The position numbers and the translations under genes are program-made. The notes under the pieces are model-generated. The model had not been told where the DNA came from. It did no database searches and was given only the letters and a program-made list of their open reading frames with translations. A DNA stretch of 63,350 nucleotides, the filler included, from Reclinomonas americana ATCC 50394 (Eukaryota): NCBI GenBank assembly GCA_048213135.1. It is 5 parts of 4 records of this genome, joined end to end, with 100 filler letters (N's around TTAATTAATTAA, not from the genome) between each part and the next. Parts side by side here need not be neighbours in the genome. Positions count along the whole stretch, not along the records: positions 1 to 20,527 come from PS015037.1; 4 more parts are not named here. The stretch is one strand, 5' to 3'. This document shows positions 1 through 12,000 of this stretch, piece after piece. Position 1 is the first letter of the stretch, and each line of letters opens with the position of its first letter.

Positions 1-3000
1 GAAAGCCACACACTTTTCCGTGGTGCTCGTGAGCTTGATCAGCGCCGTCTCAAAGTCGCGACTCGCCTGCGACGGGGAGGGGGCGGGGAGGGTGAGCGAG
101 AGGGAAAGGGAGGGGGAGGGACAGGGAAAGAGAGGCGGAGAGAGGGCGAAAGGGGAGGGAGGGGGAAAGGGGGAGGGAGAGGGAGAGGGTGGGAGGGAGA
201 AGGTGAGGGAGAGAGGGAGAGGGAGATAGAGGGAAAGGGAGAGAGGGCAATAAGGAGGGGAAGAGGGGGAGGGCGGGGGAGAAAGGGAGAAAAGGGAGAG
301 CGCCTGTTCTTTCCACTTCTCTCCTATTCTCGCCATCTTTCCACTTCTCTCCTATTCTCGCCACTCTCATCTCTTCTCTTCTCATGTCTTCTCGTTTCTT
401 CCGTTCTCCTCACTTCCGTTTCATCTCATCTTCTCTCCTCTTCTCTTCTCTTCTTTGCCTTCACTCCTCTTGTCTCATCTCTTCTCTTCTGTTCTCATCT
501 CGTCTTTTCTTCTCTCAACTCATCTTCCCTCCTTTCTTCTCCTCTCCTCTCCCCCCTTCTCGTCTCCTGTCTTCCCTTTTCTTCTCTCTCCTCTCTTCCG
601 CTATGGCTACGTAGAAGGCCAAAGGAGGAATGATGGCAACATATGAGCAGCAGAGGCATAAGGTAGAGAGGGATGCAGGTGCACACACACAAACCNNNNN
701 NNNNNNNNNNNNNNNNNNNNNNNNNNNNNNNNNNNNNNNNNNNNNNNNNNNNNNNNNNNNNNNNNNNNNNNNNNNNNNNNNNNNNNNNNNNNNNNNNNNN
801 NNNNNNNNNNNNNNNNNNNNNNNNNNNNNNNNNNNNNNNNNNNNNNNNNNNNNNNNNNNNNNNNNNNNNNNNNNNNNNNNNNNNNNNNNNNNNNNNNNNN
901 NNNNNNNNNNNNNNNNNNNNNNNNNNNNNNNNNNNNNNNNNNNNNNNNNNNNNNNNNNNNNNNNNNNNNNNNNNNNNNNNNNNNNNNNNNNNNNNNNNNN
1001 NNNNNNNNNNNNNNNNNNNNNNNNNNNNNNNNNNNNNNNNNNNNNNNNNNNNNNNNNNNNNNNNNNNNNNNNNNNNNNNNNNNNNNNNNNNNNNNNNNNN
1101 NNNNNNNNNNNNNNNNNNNNNNNNNNNNNNNNNNNNNNNNNNNNNNNNNNNNNNNNNNNNNNNNNNNNNNNNNNNNNNNNNNNNNNNNNNNNNNNNNNNN
1201 NNNNNNNNNNNNNNNNNNNNNNNNNNNNNNNNNNNNNNNNNNNNNNNNNNNNNNNNNNNNNNNNNNNNNNNNNNNNNNNNNNNNNNNNNNNNNNNNNNNN
1301 NNNNNNNNNNNNNNNNNNNNNNNNNNNNNNNNNNNNNNNNNNNNNNNNNNNNNNNNNNNNNNNNNNNNNNNNNNNNNNNNNNNNNNNNNNNNNNNNNNNN
1401 NNNNNNNNNNNNNNNNNNNNNNNNNNNNNNNNNNNNNNNNNNNNNNNNNNNNNNNNNNNNCCGAGGAGAACGCGACTCGCATGCGCACCCGCCGCATTCA
1501 CGTGTCGCGGCAGCGACGCCGCGCTGGATGTGGCAGCTGCGTGCCCCGCCAAAGCCGGTTGCATTTGCTGCGCGGCCGCCGTGGCCGCCGCAGCTGCGCC
1601 GCCAACCAGCGCCGACGAAGTAGAGTGCGTGGACGAGGGAAGCGGTACGGAAAAGTGACCCGGGATGAGTGGTGTGTGAAGTGTTGGTGGATGGGCGGGT
1701 GTGGGGAGGCCGGTGACCTCGGAGAGGGGTACGAAGGGTGGCAGAGAGGCGTGCGAGAGTTCTGTGGTGTGGCCTGGTGGGGGAGAGAAAGGGTGAGCAC
1801 AAGGTGTGCATCGTATGGTGCGCGATGAAGGGTGGGTACCTTGCGCGGCAAAATACGAGGCCTGCATGTTGGCAAACGCCGGCTGCAGGGAGGCGTGCAG
1901 CGACCCGAGTGGCACTCGCTGCACCAGGTGCTGCGACTTGAGCAGCTGGATCTTGGCAAACAGTTCGGCAGAGGCGGCGGTCGACTGGCCACCCCACATG
2001 CTGTACTGTTGCGCCTGCAACAGAGCATCCATGGCGGTGTCGCTGTCGCCCTGCTGCTGCGCGATCATGTGCATCCACAGGAGGGCGCTGGCGAGGCACT
2101 GGCGGTCGTTGTGCTGCTGCGCGATCTCCAGGGCTTCGGAGAGGGTCTGTGGGGATAAAGGGGAAAGGGGAATTGTGAAGGTGAACAGAGGGAGAATCGA
2201 AAATAGACAATCAACAAATCGTGACGCACCTCTGAAGCGAGCGCCAAGTCACCAAAGTAGAAGCGAGTGGCCGCCAATGTGAGTGCGGCGTATGAGAGTT
2301 GTGGGAGGTGCAGTACGCCGTGACCGCCACCAATCGCGCCGGCGGGCGAGGCTTGTGCGCCACCGTTGGCACCAGCGTTGGCGGGTCCGCCCTGATTGCC
2401 GCCGCCAATGCCTGGCGTGTGATGGGTGGGAGAGTGAGGGGCATAGGGAAAGAGAGATGAGGGAAGGAGAGGAGAGAAGAGAAAGAGACGAGAGAAGGAG
2501 AGGACAAGGGAAACAGAGAAGAGAAAGAAAATAGAGTCAGAAAAAACAAAGCGGAGAAAGGTGATCGAGGGAGCAAAAACAGAAGGAGGGAGGGCCAAGA
2601 ATGAGAGAGAAATGCGAAGGATGAATAATAGGCGAAAACTGAAGGCGAGGGGAAAGAGGAGAGAAAGAAGAGACGCGAACGGAAAGAAAAAGAAATTAGA
2701 GGAGGGAGAGTGAGGAAGAGAAAGAGGCTCAGATGAAACAAGGAGACGGAGGGGAGGAAGAGAAGAGAAAAGGCAGAGAAAAGACAGGCATGAGAAACGG
2801 AGGACGAGAGAAAAAGGAGAAGAGAGAGAGAGAGAGAGAGGAAGAAAACGCGACTCAGATAAGACCATAAGAGAAGAGGAGACGGAGAGAAAAGAAGCGA
2901 CTATGACAGAATAAGAACGAGGATGAGAGAGAGAGAGAAGAGAAGAGACACGAAAGACAAGTATCCGAGAAGAGTAGGAATAGAAACGGATGAGAACGGC

Positions 3001-4352
3001 AAGGGAGACAAACGAAGAGCACATGAGAGACAAGCGAAACAAGCGAAACACAATAGAGAGCGAAATGATGAGACAGTGTGACAAGATACAGATCAGCAGC
3101 CACGTCCCACAGCAACCCCATCTCCTCACACACTCACCAACACCTCTGTCGTGCGAGCCGCCCGGACCGACCGCGAGTCGGAAGGTGGGACCGAGTACGG
3201 GTTCGCGACGCACGCCACTGAAAATCTCAAACAGACGTCCATCGTTGTGGATGCGCTCGGCGTTGCGGTTGCGTTCTGGGGATTTGCCGGTCGATGCGGC
3301 AGCTGCGGCGTCGGCGGTGCGCTGCATTGCTCGCGCAGAGGCCGTGCCTGAGAAATAGTCAAAGTAGCGGTGCAAATGGTCGACGGCATCGGTGGCATTG
3401 CCGTGGCGCATCGCTTTCAGATACCTGTCACGAGAGGGAGGGAGAGGGGAGTGAGAGAAGGAATGCAACAATCGCAGGAAGGGAGAGCTGGCGGCCTCAG
3501 AACTTGGCAAAGTGAACGTAGATGCAGTCCGGGTATCGACGACCGATTGCCTCCAAGTCGACTGCGTCAAGTTCGTCTGCACACGGAGAGTGAGAAGCAA
3601 GCAAACAACAACATGAAGCGGGGAGTTTTTTCTAACCTGAGCGAAACGTGACGAGCTCAAAGAGGAATCGGTCGATGCACTCGTCGTTCATCAACGAGCT
3701 GTCCACCACGGCAATGGGGTCCACGCTGCGTGCTGTGGCCGCCGATCGATCGCTGGCGGTGGTCTCGTCGAGAATCATCGACTCCTCCCTGGTGTGGTTG
3801 GTTAGGGGTGAGGGGGACGTGGTGCGCGTGTGTGGGGGGTGGAAGACTCACGAACCGCTCTCGGCGGAGCTCCTCGTCTGACACACGTAGGTATTCTTGC
3901 ACGGAGGCATGCAATGCCATGGCGTCGTGGAAGAACATGTCGGCGGATGCCACGCGGATGCGTGCTTTGAAGAGGGCGAGGGGGGAGCGGGCCTCTGCCT
4001 GCAGGAGCAGAAGGAGAAGGTGAGGGGGAATAAAAGGAGGAAGGGGGAGGGAAGGAGAAGGGGGAAGGAAAAGGGGAAGGAAAGCAACTAAGAGCTTCAA
4101 GAAGCAAGCAAACCGTTGACTCAGTCGGCGCAGTGGAGTTCGACTCATCGCCATCACTGGTATTGGCGCCAATCACTGTGCAAGCAGCACGAAAAGTCAA
4201 AATAACACAGCGAATTGGTAACAAGAAGGAAGGGACTGGCGAACCAGCAAGCAAGTCCTCCAGATCGCCCACAGTCTCAACTTGCAGCTGCAATGCATGT
4301 GAGAAAGGGAGAGAGAGATANNNNNNNNNNNNNNNNNNNNAGGAAGGCAGAG

Positions 4353-4383
<31 letters not shown>

Positions 4384-4891
4384 CAGACAGACAGAGAGAG
4401 GCTGAAGAGGCGTACAGAGACAAGAAGGAAGAAGACTTGGGAGATAGGAAGACAAAGAACGATCGGAGGAGACAGCAGGCCAGACAGGCAGAGACAAAGA
4501 GAGATATTGAGAGACTGAAGAAGACAGTGGGCGAGAGAGAGATTGAGAGACTGAACACACAGCAGAGAGACTCTCTGACTGACCTGATCATGCACATGGC
4601 TCATCACATAATCACACTCTCGCGGGAAGTTAAAGTGCACAAACGCCGCCAATCGCCTGCGCAATGTACGAAGAGAAGGCGGAATGGCCTCACTCCTCTG
4701 CAATCACACACAGAGAGTGTGTGTGAGAGAGAGAGATTGGCGGGAAACACACAGAGTGACAACTCCACCTGTGCCTCGTCCATCACAAACGCCAACAGTT
4801 CGTGGCAGTATTGTGTGGAGAGCAGTGCGCTGTTCTGTGCCTCATGGAGAAGAAGGCCGAGAGCAATGGTGTGCGGTGACAGCAGGTGCAT
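1..4891 (-). CDS. APC5: Anaphase-promoting complex subunit 5, multi-exon, 3' end runs off the window
   Basis: Spliced peptides: MHLLSPHTIALGLLL (ATG 4891), SPLALFKARIRVASADMFF, YLKAMRHGNATDAVDHLHRYFDY and YAALTLAATRFYFGDLALASE|TLSEALEIAQQHNDRQCLASALLW. The last two match the Apc5 motifs (LHRYFDY; YA.L.LA...FG...A...L.EA...AQ...D..CL). The GT-AG introns checked keep the frame. Confidence 0.88.
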
Positions 4892-5816
4892 TCGTTCGTT
4901 CGTTGAGTGATTGACAGGACCGCGGGTCTTGCAAGTCGCACCTGGCGTTGGTGGCCATGTTCAGCTGCTTGCGGAACAGAAGCGTAAGCAACAGTGTTGC
5001 TGGTAGCAGCAGGCTTTGTTCCAGATCTGTGCAAGCCGCGACCTCGAAAAAGCTGATCGCGACGTTCGAATTCACTCGGCGATCGACCACGAGCGACCAG
5101 CACGGTGGGGTCCTGATGGCTGAGCGGATTGGCCAGGGTCCTGTTGAGTTAGTCGGCGTGGAGAAGGGTATCCAGAGCCTGGCGTGCAGGCGATATCGAT
5201 ATCGCACTGCAATATCGAACGTCGAAGCTCGAAGTCGCGACAACCACATCCTTCGAAGACACGCAGCATTGCTGGCGACCATTCGGGCGGTGTGCCTTGT
5301 CAAGTGACCACTGCATGCAGAAAAGCGTTCTGCAAGCTCCGAGTATTAATATTGCCTCGATCGCGCGCGCGACGTCGCGATCGCAATATCGCAAAGCCCC
5401 GCGTGCGTGCACATGAACGCCCGTGTATCATCACCTTGTAGAGATGATCTGGTTCCGCACGCTCGCGAGAGCGTGAGACATTCTGTGCGCGAATTCTCGC
5501 GCGATGATCAATGCATTTTTTTGTAGACAAATCTTGCTCCCCCAAAAGCCGGCTGTCTTCTCAACCAACACGAACAACCAGGTTGGTTATTGCACGCGTG
5601 CAAGAGTGTATGCCGCGAGTGCGAGACATGATGTGCACGTGCGAGAAGTCTCGCGCAAGAGCGGTTTGTTCTCGCATCCACGCATTGCATTACTGTCCAC
5701 TTAGCAACACTTTTTTGCTTTCCCTCAGGTGAGCGCACCACCACCACTCGCCTCTCTGGTGACATAATCTCACTCCTCCTGTCTGTCTCCGTCGTGAACA
5801 GATCATCATCATCATC

Positions 5817-6008
5817 ATGCCGCGCTCACACGGACAGAGCTCCAACTTTGCCACCGAGGCCGACGAGCTGGACCTTGGCCTGGCGGAGGCCTCACTGACG
5901 CAAGCCGTGGTGGGCGACATTAGCCAGGCTGGCCAGCAGTCGCAGATGGACTTGGCCATGAGCGGCGAGAACGAGGCCAGCGACCTCATGAGCGGCGGCA
6001 ACATGTAA
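5817..6008 (+). CDS. Small acidic hypothetical protein (63 aa)
   Basis: ATG-to-TAA ORF with strong G/C third-position bias. It is preceded by a 5'-UTR-type intron (GTGAGC 5729 to AG 5801). Family not recognised. Confidence 0.6.
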   Translation: MPRSHGQSSNFATEADELDLGLAEASLTQAVVGDISQAGQQSQMDLAMSGENEASDLMSGGNM

Positions 6009-6656
6009 AAAAGTCAGCGGAGCACAATGAAGCACTCTTCTCGAATGCTGTTTCGTCTACACTCGCTTCTGTGATGAGGCAGAGGGAAGGGGCGGATGCA
6101 GTGAGTTGTGTGAGTCAAGAAACTTGTGCGTGTGCGAACGTGAGAACTTGGCGAGGTTTTCGCACGCGCGTGAGAAACTCGTGTTCGTGTGTGTGTGAGA
6201 GAGAGAGAGAGAGACAAGCACACAACACCATTGTTGAGGAGGCTACGTGACAGACGCAAGTGGCGCGCGCAGGTTCTCGCATGCGAGCAAGTTGTGAAAA
6301 AGTGTGTGTGACACGCAGCCACACCAACAACCCCACCGCGGCTCGCTGCAGTGTGTGCAACAAGGGAGAGCAGACACAGTGACACATGTCTTGTTCATGT
6401 CTGAGGCGCTGAAAGACAACGCGCGGTGGGATCATGCGAGCGGATTATGCAATGTTCGCTTGCCGCAGTGGTGTGGAGGGAGCAAGCCCGCAGCAGCCGC
6501 GCTGCATCCTCCGGGCAACTTTTGAACCACTGCGTTGCTACTGCAGCAGCCACCTCCGTGGCCAAAGCCACAAGCCGCGGTGGAAGGGCGACACTGCAAA
6601 CTGAAGGCAAAAAAGTACAGTCTACATTACTATAGGCGTTCCGCAGCGGATCCTGT

Positions 6657-7611
6657 TCACAGCTTGATGTTGGTGAAGGTCTTCTTGGCCACTTGCTTCT
6701 TGGCCAGGCGCGCCACATCATGCAAATCGCGACGGAGGGCCTTGATCTCCTCGGTGCTGTCGTCGCGATCGCTGCCACCAGTGCGTCCGCGATCATTGCC
6801 ACCATGATACCGCGTAAACAGACGACGCTGGCGAGCATGCACAGCCTGCGCGTCATCACGAATGTAAGCAACTCTGTCGTGTACGCATTCATGCAAGATA
6901 TCGAACACAAACCTCCTTCTCAAACAACTTCTCGGCCTGCGCGACCAGGCGATCGACCTCGGCCGCATCCTCCGGCGTGATCTCGCCCCGTCGCGTCACA
7001 TTAAAAATGCGTTTCCGCACATCCGTAAACGCCTTGCGCAGCGCATTGCGCTGCTCGATATTCGCCCGACGCACCTCCTGATCCACCGCCGTGTCATACG
7101 CCAGCTTGCGGTTCTGCTGATCGCCCGCGTCGCGCTCGCGAGCCAACACGTCGCCGACAGTCTCTCCGCGCGTCTTCTTGTGCGCCACTTGCTGTCGCTC
7201 GTCAATGTTCTTTTGCTGCAGCAGGTTGTTGCGCGTGGTCTCCTTGTCCGCGCGAGGCAGGTGCACGCGAGGAGCGACCTTGTACAGCTCACGGCGACGC
7301 GAGATCTCAGCCTCCGTGCGAAGGTTCTCCACTGCACGCGAGAGGAAAAGATCAGTTTCGGTTACTTTGGTGGAGCAGAGGTTCTCTCTCTCGCGCGGAC
7401 GCACCATCGCTCAGTTCGCGTTTCAGTGCCTTGTTCATCAAGTTGGTTTCATACACAGGCTTGGTGTATGTGACTGCGACATAGATAGAGAGAGAGAGAG
7501 AGTGAAGGAAAAACCGATAAAACTGAGCGTGATTGAGAGAGATGGGACATGCGCAACTCTGAGCCGAGGCCATCATGGCCATGAGCAGCACCGCGGAGAC
7601 CGCGAGCAGCA
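6657..7611 (-). CDS. Hypothetical helical protein with probable signal peptide, 5' end in gap
   Basis: Hydrophobic LLAVSAVLLMAMMASAQ, then three GT-AG introns join ITYTKPVYETNLMNKALKRELSD|VENLRTEAEISRRR...LFEKE|AVHARQRR...KKTFTNIKL*. Confidence 0.6.
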
Positions 7612-8094
7612 NNNNNNNNNNNNNNNNNNNNNNNNNNNNNNNNNNNNNNNNNNNNNNNNNNNNNNNNNNNNNNNNNNNNNNNNNNNNNNNNNNNNNNNNN
7701 NNNNNNNNNNNNNNNNNNNNNNNNNNNNNNNNNNNNNNNNNNNNNNNNNNNNNNNNNNNNNNNNNNNNNNNNNNNNNNNNNNNNNNNNNNNNNNNNNNNN
7801 NNNNNNNNNNNNNNNNNNNNNNNNNNNNNNNNNNNNNNNNNNNNNNNNNNNNNNNNNNNNNNNNNNNNNNNNNNNNNNNNNNNNNNNNNNNNNNNNNNNN
7901 NNNNNNNNNNNNNNNNNNNNNNNNNNNNNNNNNNNNNNNNNNNNNNNNNNNNNNNNNNTGAGTAACGAGGCGCGCATGGTGAGCGGAGTGGGAGCGGAAA
8001 ACAAGGGCGAGTGCCGATGGGGATGTCTTCTCTCGCACAATGCACAAATACGGGTGATTTAGCCGGTTGGGGTGGACGGTGGATGTGGGATAGA

Positions 8095-8139
<45 letters not shown>

Positions 8140-8733
8140 GTGTTGTTCTGCTGCTCTTCTCAGTGTCGGTGAGTGTCTGTGTTCAGCTTTACTTCGCTCT
8201 CCTTCTGTTCATTCCCTGCAGTCTCCTCTCTTTTGTTACCCCTCTCTCTCTTCTCTTCCTTTTCTCCCTCCTCTCCCTCCCGCCCCTCTCACACCAAAAA
8301 GACGCAGACAAGGCCGCCAGGACGGTGAGTTCCATCGTTGTGCCCGCCTCCTCTTCGTCATCACTCATATCCCTTTCTCTCGTCTCGTGCAGATCCAACA
8401 CCTGCCAGCCAACAGCCAGCATGAGCGTGTGAGCGAGCGAATGGAAAGATGGACGTGAGCACAAGTGTGGCACTGCTCTCGCACCATCAGTTGGGTTGAT
8501 CCGAGAATGATGCACATTGCGTGTGTGGCTGTGACTCGCGCTCATACTTGCTTCAAGAGTCATGCGCGCGGGTTCCCACGGCGCTGAAGCCACGACAGTC
8601 GGATCTGCAACGCGCTGATGAGTGATGGGCAAGGAACTGGAGATATCGATGCAAGCCAACACGCGATGGCGACCTGAAATGCGGAGTGTTTNNNNNNNNN
8701 NNNNNNNNNNNNNNNNNNNNNNNNNCGTACGTC

Positions 8734-8810
<77 letters not shown>

Positions 8811-9039
8811 ACTGCGTGTTTGTGCGCGTGCGTGCCTCCCTCATGTCAAGTTGCTGCCACTTCTCTCTCTTCTTCCCTCCACATTCTTTCCTATTTCGCG
8901 TGCGGGCATGCTGGTGTCACTGTGTGTCGTCGTTCGTCTCACGTTCGTCTCTGCATGTTCTCTCTCTTTCTCTCCCTCTCTCTCTCACACACACTCACTC
9001 TGAACGCGTGTGTTCTTGTCATCACGCAGCGGGGCCAAC

Positions 9040-12000
9040 ATGTCGTCGCGCACCTTACTCGTCCGCCACTCCACTGCTTTCGTGTGCCTCGTCATGCTGC
9101 TGTCACTGACTGCACTGTGCAACACGGCAGCCGCTGCAGGTGCGTACACACAAGCACACTGACACGCGCGCTCACGAAAAACGTGTGCGCTGCGAACACA
9201 CTGGCACACCAGGGGACATACTTGTTGTCGTTTCGCGCGCACTCTCTGTCTTCTCACTGATACCTGTCGTTCGCGCACGGCAACGACCTTGCATCGTGCG
9301 TGCCGTCTCGTGTGCTGTTGCTGCACACTGAAATGCATATTTGTTGTCTCTGCGATGTTGTTATGTTCGCGCTCTCACAGCCCTCGCTGCGTTGTGGTTT
9401 CGTCTCTCCATGTCCACCCCACCCTCACTCTGTGTGTGTGTCTCTGCGCACCTAACGCGAGTCTCTGCTGCATGCATTTCCGTGTGTGTGCGCGCGAAAG
9501 CAGACCGTTGAGACCGCACAACTCATTTCGCGCCATTTCGTTGCAGTCATTATTTCGCCCAGCAACATCGCTATCAAGGCCGGCATCGCTGCTCAAATCG
9601 TCGAAATCAATGTGACTGGCTCGGTCATAGCCTGGTCGACTGCCTCCACTGCCACTCTCTTCCTCGACCGCGCGTGCACGGGCGTGTCGCTGACCACTGT
9701 CGTCAACTCCAGCACCATCTCTGCTGCCTCGCTCACCTTCAATGCGTCGGGCGACGGCAATAGTGGTGAGCGCTACCTGTGCATCGACGTGGACGGTGCG
9801 GGCGCGGCCGCGCGCAACGAGTTTGTGGCCACGGTGTTTGTCTGTTGCGTCTGCGCTGCGCCACATCAGTCTCTCGTCGTCTGTGCCTCCTTCAACTTAC
9901 CCCATTCTCTTCGACACCACACAGACACGCTTGGCGACCAGAACAGGTCACTGCAACTCGTGAATGGTCTCGCCGACTTTCGCCTGACGGTGACTGGACA
10001 GCACTTTGCCAATCGCGAGCTGGGTGCTGGTGGCTCGTTTGGCCTGTACTCGACCGCAGACTGCAGCGGATCACCGGCACCAAACTCGAGCGTCACTCTG
10101 CGGGCCAGTGATCCGGCTGGCCTGCACATTGACTTCTCGGTGGCCACTGGCGCGTCATTCGCGCAGGGTGCATTGGGTGCGACTGCAACTGGCTCATGCA
10201 CGCTGGTGACGCCGGGCGTGTACTATCTGTGTGGCAAGTTGCGTTAGTGTGGGGAGAAGAGAAAGAGACGACACTTGGTTGCATTCTGTGCTATGCAAGT
10301 CTCTGAATACTTGGTCTCCACTGCCTATGAGTGTTGGTTGCAGTCTGCTGCCTGTGAGACTTGCAATCGCCTGTTCTCATCATCCTCCTCCTCCTCCTCC
10401 TCCTCCTCTCTCTCTCTGGCCTTTCTCTCCTCTTCTATCCCCCTCACTGTTCTCCACACCATTAGGTTCCAGGCCGGCGGCACCGCCGTGTACCGCCTGC
10501 AGACGGTCCCGCTCATCGTGACTGCCGCCTCGTCGACGCCTGTGGTCTCCTTTGCCACTCCGCCCGTGCTCAAGTACGGCAGTGCCAACCCGATTGTGAT
10601 TGGCTCCTCTGCCGACAACCTCACCGATTGCACGAGCTTCAAGCTGGTGCAAGCCGGCGTCGACTGCTCCACTCTGTCGGACTACTCGACGCTTACGGGC
10701 AGTGTGGGCGCGGTGTTTGTGCGCGGCGGTGCCGATACCTGCCAGTTCTCAACTGGCTGTCGCCTATTCCGCGCAACCATCACACCGAACGGGTCGAGCG
10801 GCGGCGGTGCCTACAAGCTGTGTGTGGCGGCCAACAACGGACCGTACGTGTCGGCGGAGGAGTCGTTCACCTCCGGGTTCATGACAGCCGGTGGTCTTCA
10901 TGCGAGCAGCGCTGCGCCCACCTCGACTCCGATGGCCGCTGACGACATGGACAGCAGCCCTGCCACCCCCAAGCCGAGCATGTCGACACTGGCGGTGACG
11001 GCGACCACGATCCAGTTCACGTTTGCTCGCGAGTTCTACCGCCGCCCGCGCGTGTTGCTCGGCTTTGCCAGTGTCGGTCGCCAGGGCGCCGCTGGTCCGA
11101 TCTCCACACTTGCCAACGAACCGACTGACGGCACGTTTGCATTCTGTGCGGAACCAGAGGTGACAGTGTCGCAGTTGTCGACTCGCTGCCACGGCGTGTC
11201 GACTGACGGCCAACCGGGACCCACCATCACGCTGAGTTGCGTTCCCTGCAGCGCGGAGAGGGAGGAGAAGTGTGACTCATCATCTTCTCTCCACTTTGCT
11301 GCACGTGCAGGTTACCTGGCATACTACGTGCACCACACCAACGCGCTGTCGATGGATGGTCAGCGCACGCTTACAAGTACAGCGTGGTTGACGGATGCGG
11401 TGAACAAGAACAGCTCAACTGTTGCGTGTTTGTTTTAACCCTCCACTCTGCTCCTGTCCCTCTAACTTACCTCCTGTCTTCCACTTGTTTGTAGTTGGTG
11501 AACGTGTCTTCCGCGTACCAGTTTGCTTCTGTGCCAGCCATTCCCGTGGCTGTCATTGGTGTGCTGTCGACGCGGCTGTCGAGTGCCAATGATGACGGTC
11601 GCGTGCGTGGCGACAACTTTTCTGTGACGAGCAGTTCGGCCTCGCGTTCGAGTTTCGTCATCAAAGGAACGGTGAGTGGCGACTCGCGCATGGAGGCGGT
11701 GTCTGCACGCTTTGCTGTGGCGCCGACACGCCCCGACAACACCAACAATAGCGGATTTGTCATGTTGACGGGAGGTGCGTTCTCATCCTCTCCCCCTCAG
11801 CTGGAGTGTTTTGTCTCTCTGGCTGACCCTTGCGTGTTGTGCAGAGACAACACACACCAGCAGCACGATGACACAGACCGCCAGTCTGGTGACTTTGTCG
11901 ACACCGAATGGCCTGTTGCGTGCCACCATCAGCGTGCAGCTGTTCCTGCGTGGGTGGAAGTCGTCTGCAATCACAGTGCAGAACCGAATCAATCAACAGT

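Noticed and set aside
696-1460. Long X-containing ORFs spanning N runs, here and elsewhere
   Set aside because: They are artefacts of translating through gaps.
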